Shown one piece after another: positions 63,429 to 64,000 of a stretch of 64,000 nucleotides of DNA (position 1 is the first letter of the stretch; every line of letters begins with the position of its first letter). Source of the stretch: Escherichia phage vB_EcoM_TH18; sequence record ON075799; one strand, given 5' to 3'. Under the pieces are notes generated by a model, which worked only from the letters and a program-made list of their open reading frames with translations, had not been told where the DNA came from and made no database searches. The position numbers were made by a program, and so were the translations under genes.

Positions 63429-63635
63429 TTAAAGAAAATCTACACCAACCAAATCACCATCACAACGAGCAATATTATCTGCCACACTGCTAAGTTCATA
63501 GACATAGCAAGTATGAGCATATTTCTTAGCTCCACCCCAACGACGCTTCACAACAAAGCGTACAACACACTTCTGAAACAGTGTTTCTGTACCACCGCGT
63601 TGTTCTATCTTCTTGATAATATCTTCGATATTCAC
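63429..63635 (-). CDS. hypothetical protein (68 aa)
   Basis: ORF from six-frame track; hairpin agcccctcataaggggct downstream. Confidence 0.45.
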   Translation of the reverse strand: MNIEDIIKKIEQRGGTETLFQKCVVRFVVKRRWGGAKKYAHTCYVYELSSVADNIARCDGDLVGVDFL

Positions 63636-63690
63636 TTTTCACCACACTTCCAAAACAAGCCCCTCATAAGGGGCTATTGTTATAGATTGA

Positions 63691-63993
63691 TTATACTTTA
63701 ATAATTGGTTCAACAAAGGTAATTGGTTTCATAATTTTACCATTGCCATCCATAAAAGCAACACGTTCACCGACCTGAGCATGGATTACAGAATTATAAC
63801 GCCCTTTTGAACGGCGTTCAATCTCTTTACATTCAAACTCCAACATCTCAAGTTCTTTATCCTTGTAGTCAGGATATTTAACAAGTAGTTGTGTGATTGT
63901 TGGGAATTTAGAGTCGTTGGAATTAAGAACCTCTTCCATATTGTATCCAAGATTGATATCCAAATTATAGCATAAAGCCACAACTTGTTTCAA
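63691..63993 (-). CDS. hypothetical protein (100 aa)
   Basis: ORF from six-frame track near window end. Confidence 0.45.
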   Translation of the reverse strand: MKQVVALCYNLDINLGYNMEEVLNSNDSKFPTITQLLVKYPDYKDKELEMLEFECKEIERRSKGRYNSVIHAQVGERVAFMDGNGKIMKPITFVEPIIKV

Positions 63994-64000
63994 AATCTCT

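Overview
This window reads as a segment of a large virulent tailed phage of a Gram-negative host (sigma70-type TTGACA/TATAAT promoters, GAGG-type RBS; gene content resembles T5-like phages, but the taxon is not determined). All calls are from reading the sequence and ORF translations by eye; no searches or folding programs were run. Coordinates of tRNAs, introns, inteins and small motifs are approximate (+/-2 nt). Layout: (i) 1-3512, a terminase-large-subunit-like gene on the minus strand that appears to be split by an intein and two group I introns, one carrying an HNH homing endonuclease; (ii) 3584-5609, a spanin pair and a Pol-beta-fold nucleotidyltransferase; (iii) 5815-11485, a minus-strand cluster of about 19 tRNA or tRNA-like genes, several non-canonical; (iv) 12396-14984, NAD salvage genes nadV and prs; (v) 15450-15640, an AT-rich strand-switch region; (vi) 15977-18895 and 20186-28741, plus-strand blocks, the second holding about 22 small genes each with its own promoter; (vii) 28790-31250, a 2.4 kb non-coding, G+T-skewed region packed with inverted and direct repeats; (viii) 31248-63993, minus-strand early/DNA-metabolism genes: nrdA, nrdB, nrdG, an nrdD that appears split by two group I introns, a ThyX-like gene with an intein, CCA-adding enzyme, PhoH, endolysin, exonucleases, RuvC-like resolvase, methyltransferase, ClpP-like protease and a second nucleotidyltransferase among membrane proteins. 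The most unusual features are the density of self-splicing elements (4 putative introns, 2 putative inteins), the odd tRNAs (including a long-variable-arm tRNA with a GUU anticodon), the repeat-rich non-coding region and the small-gene island.
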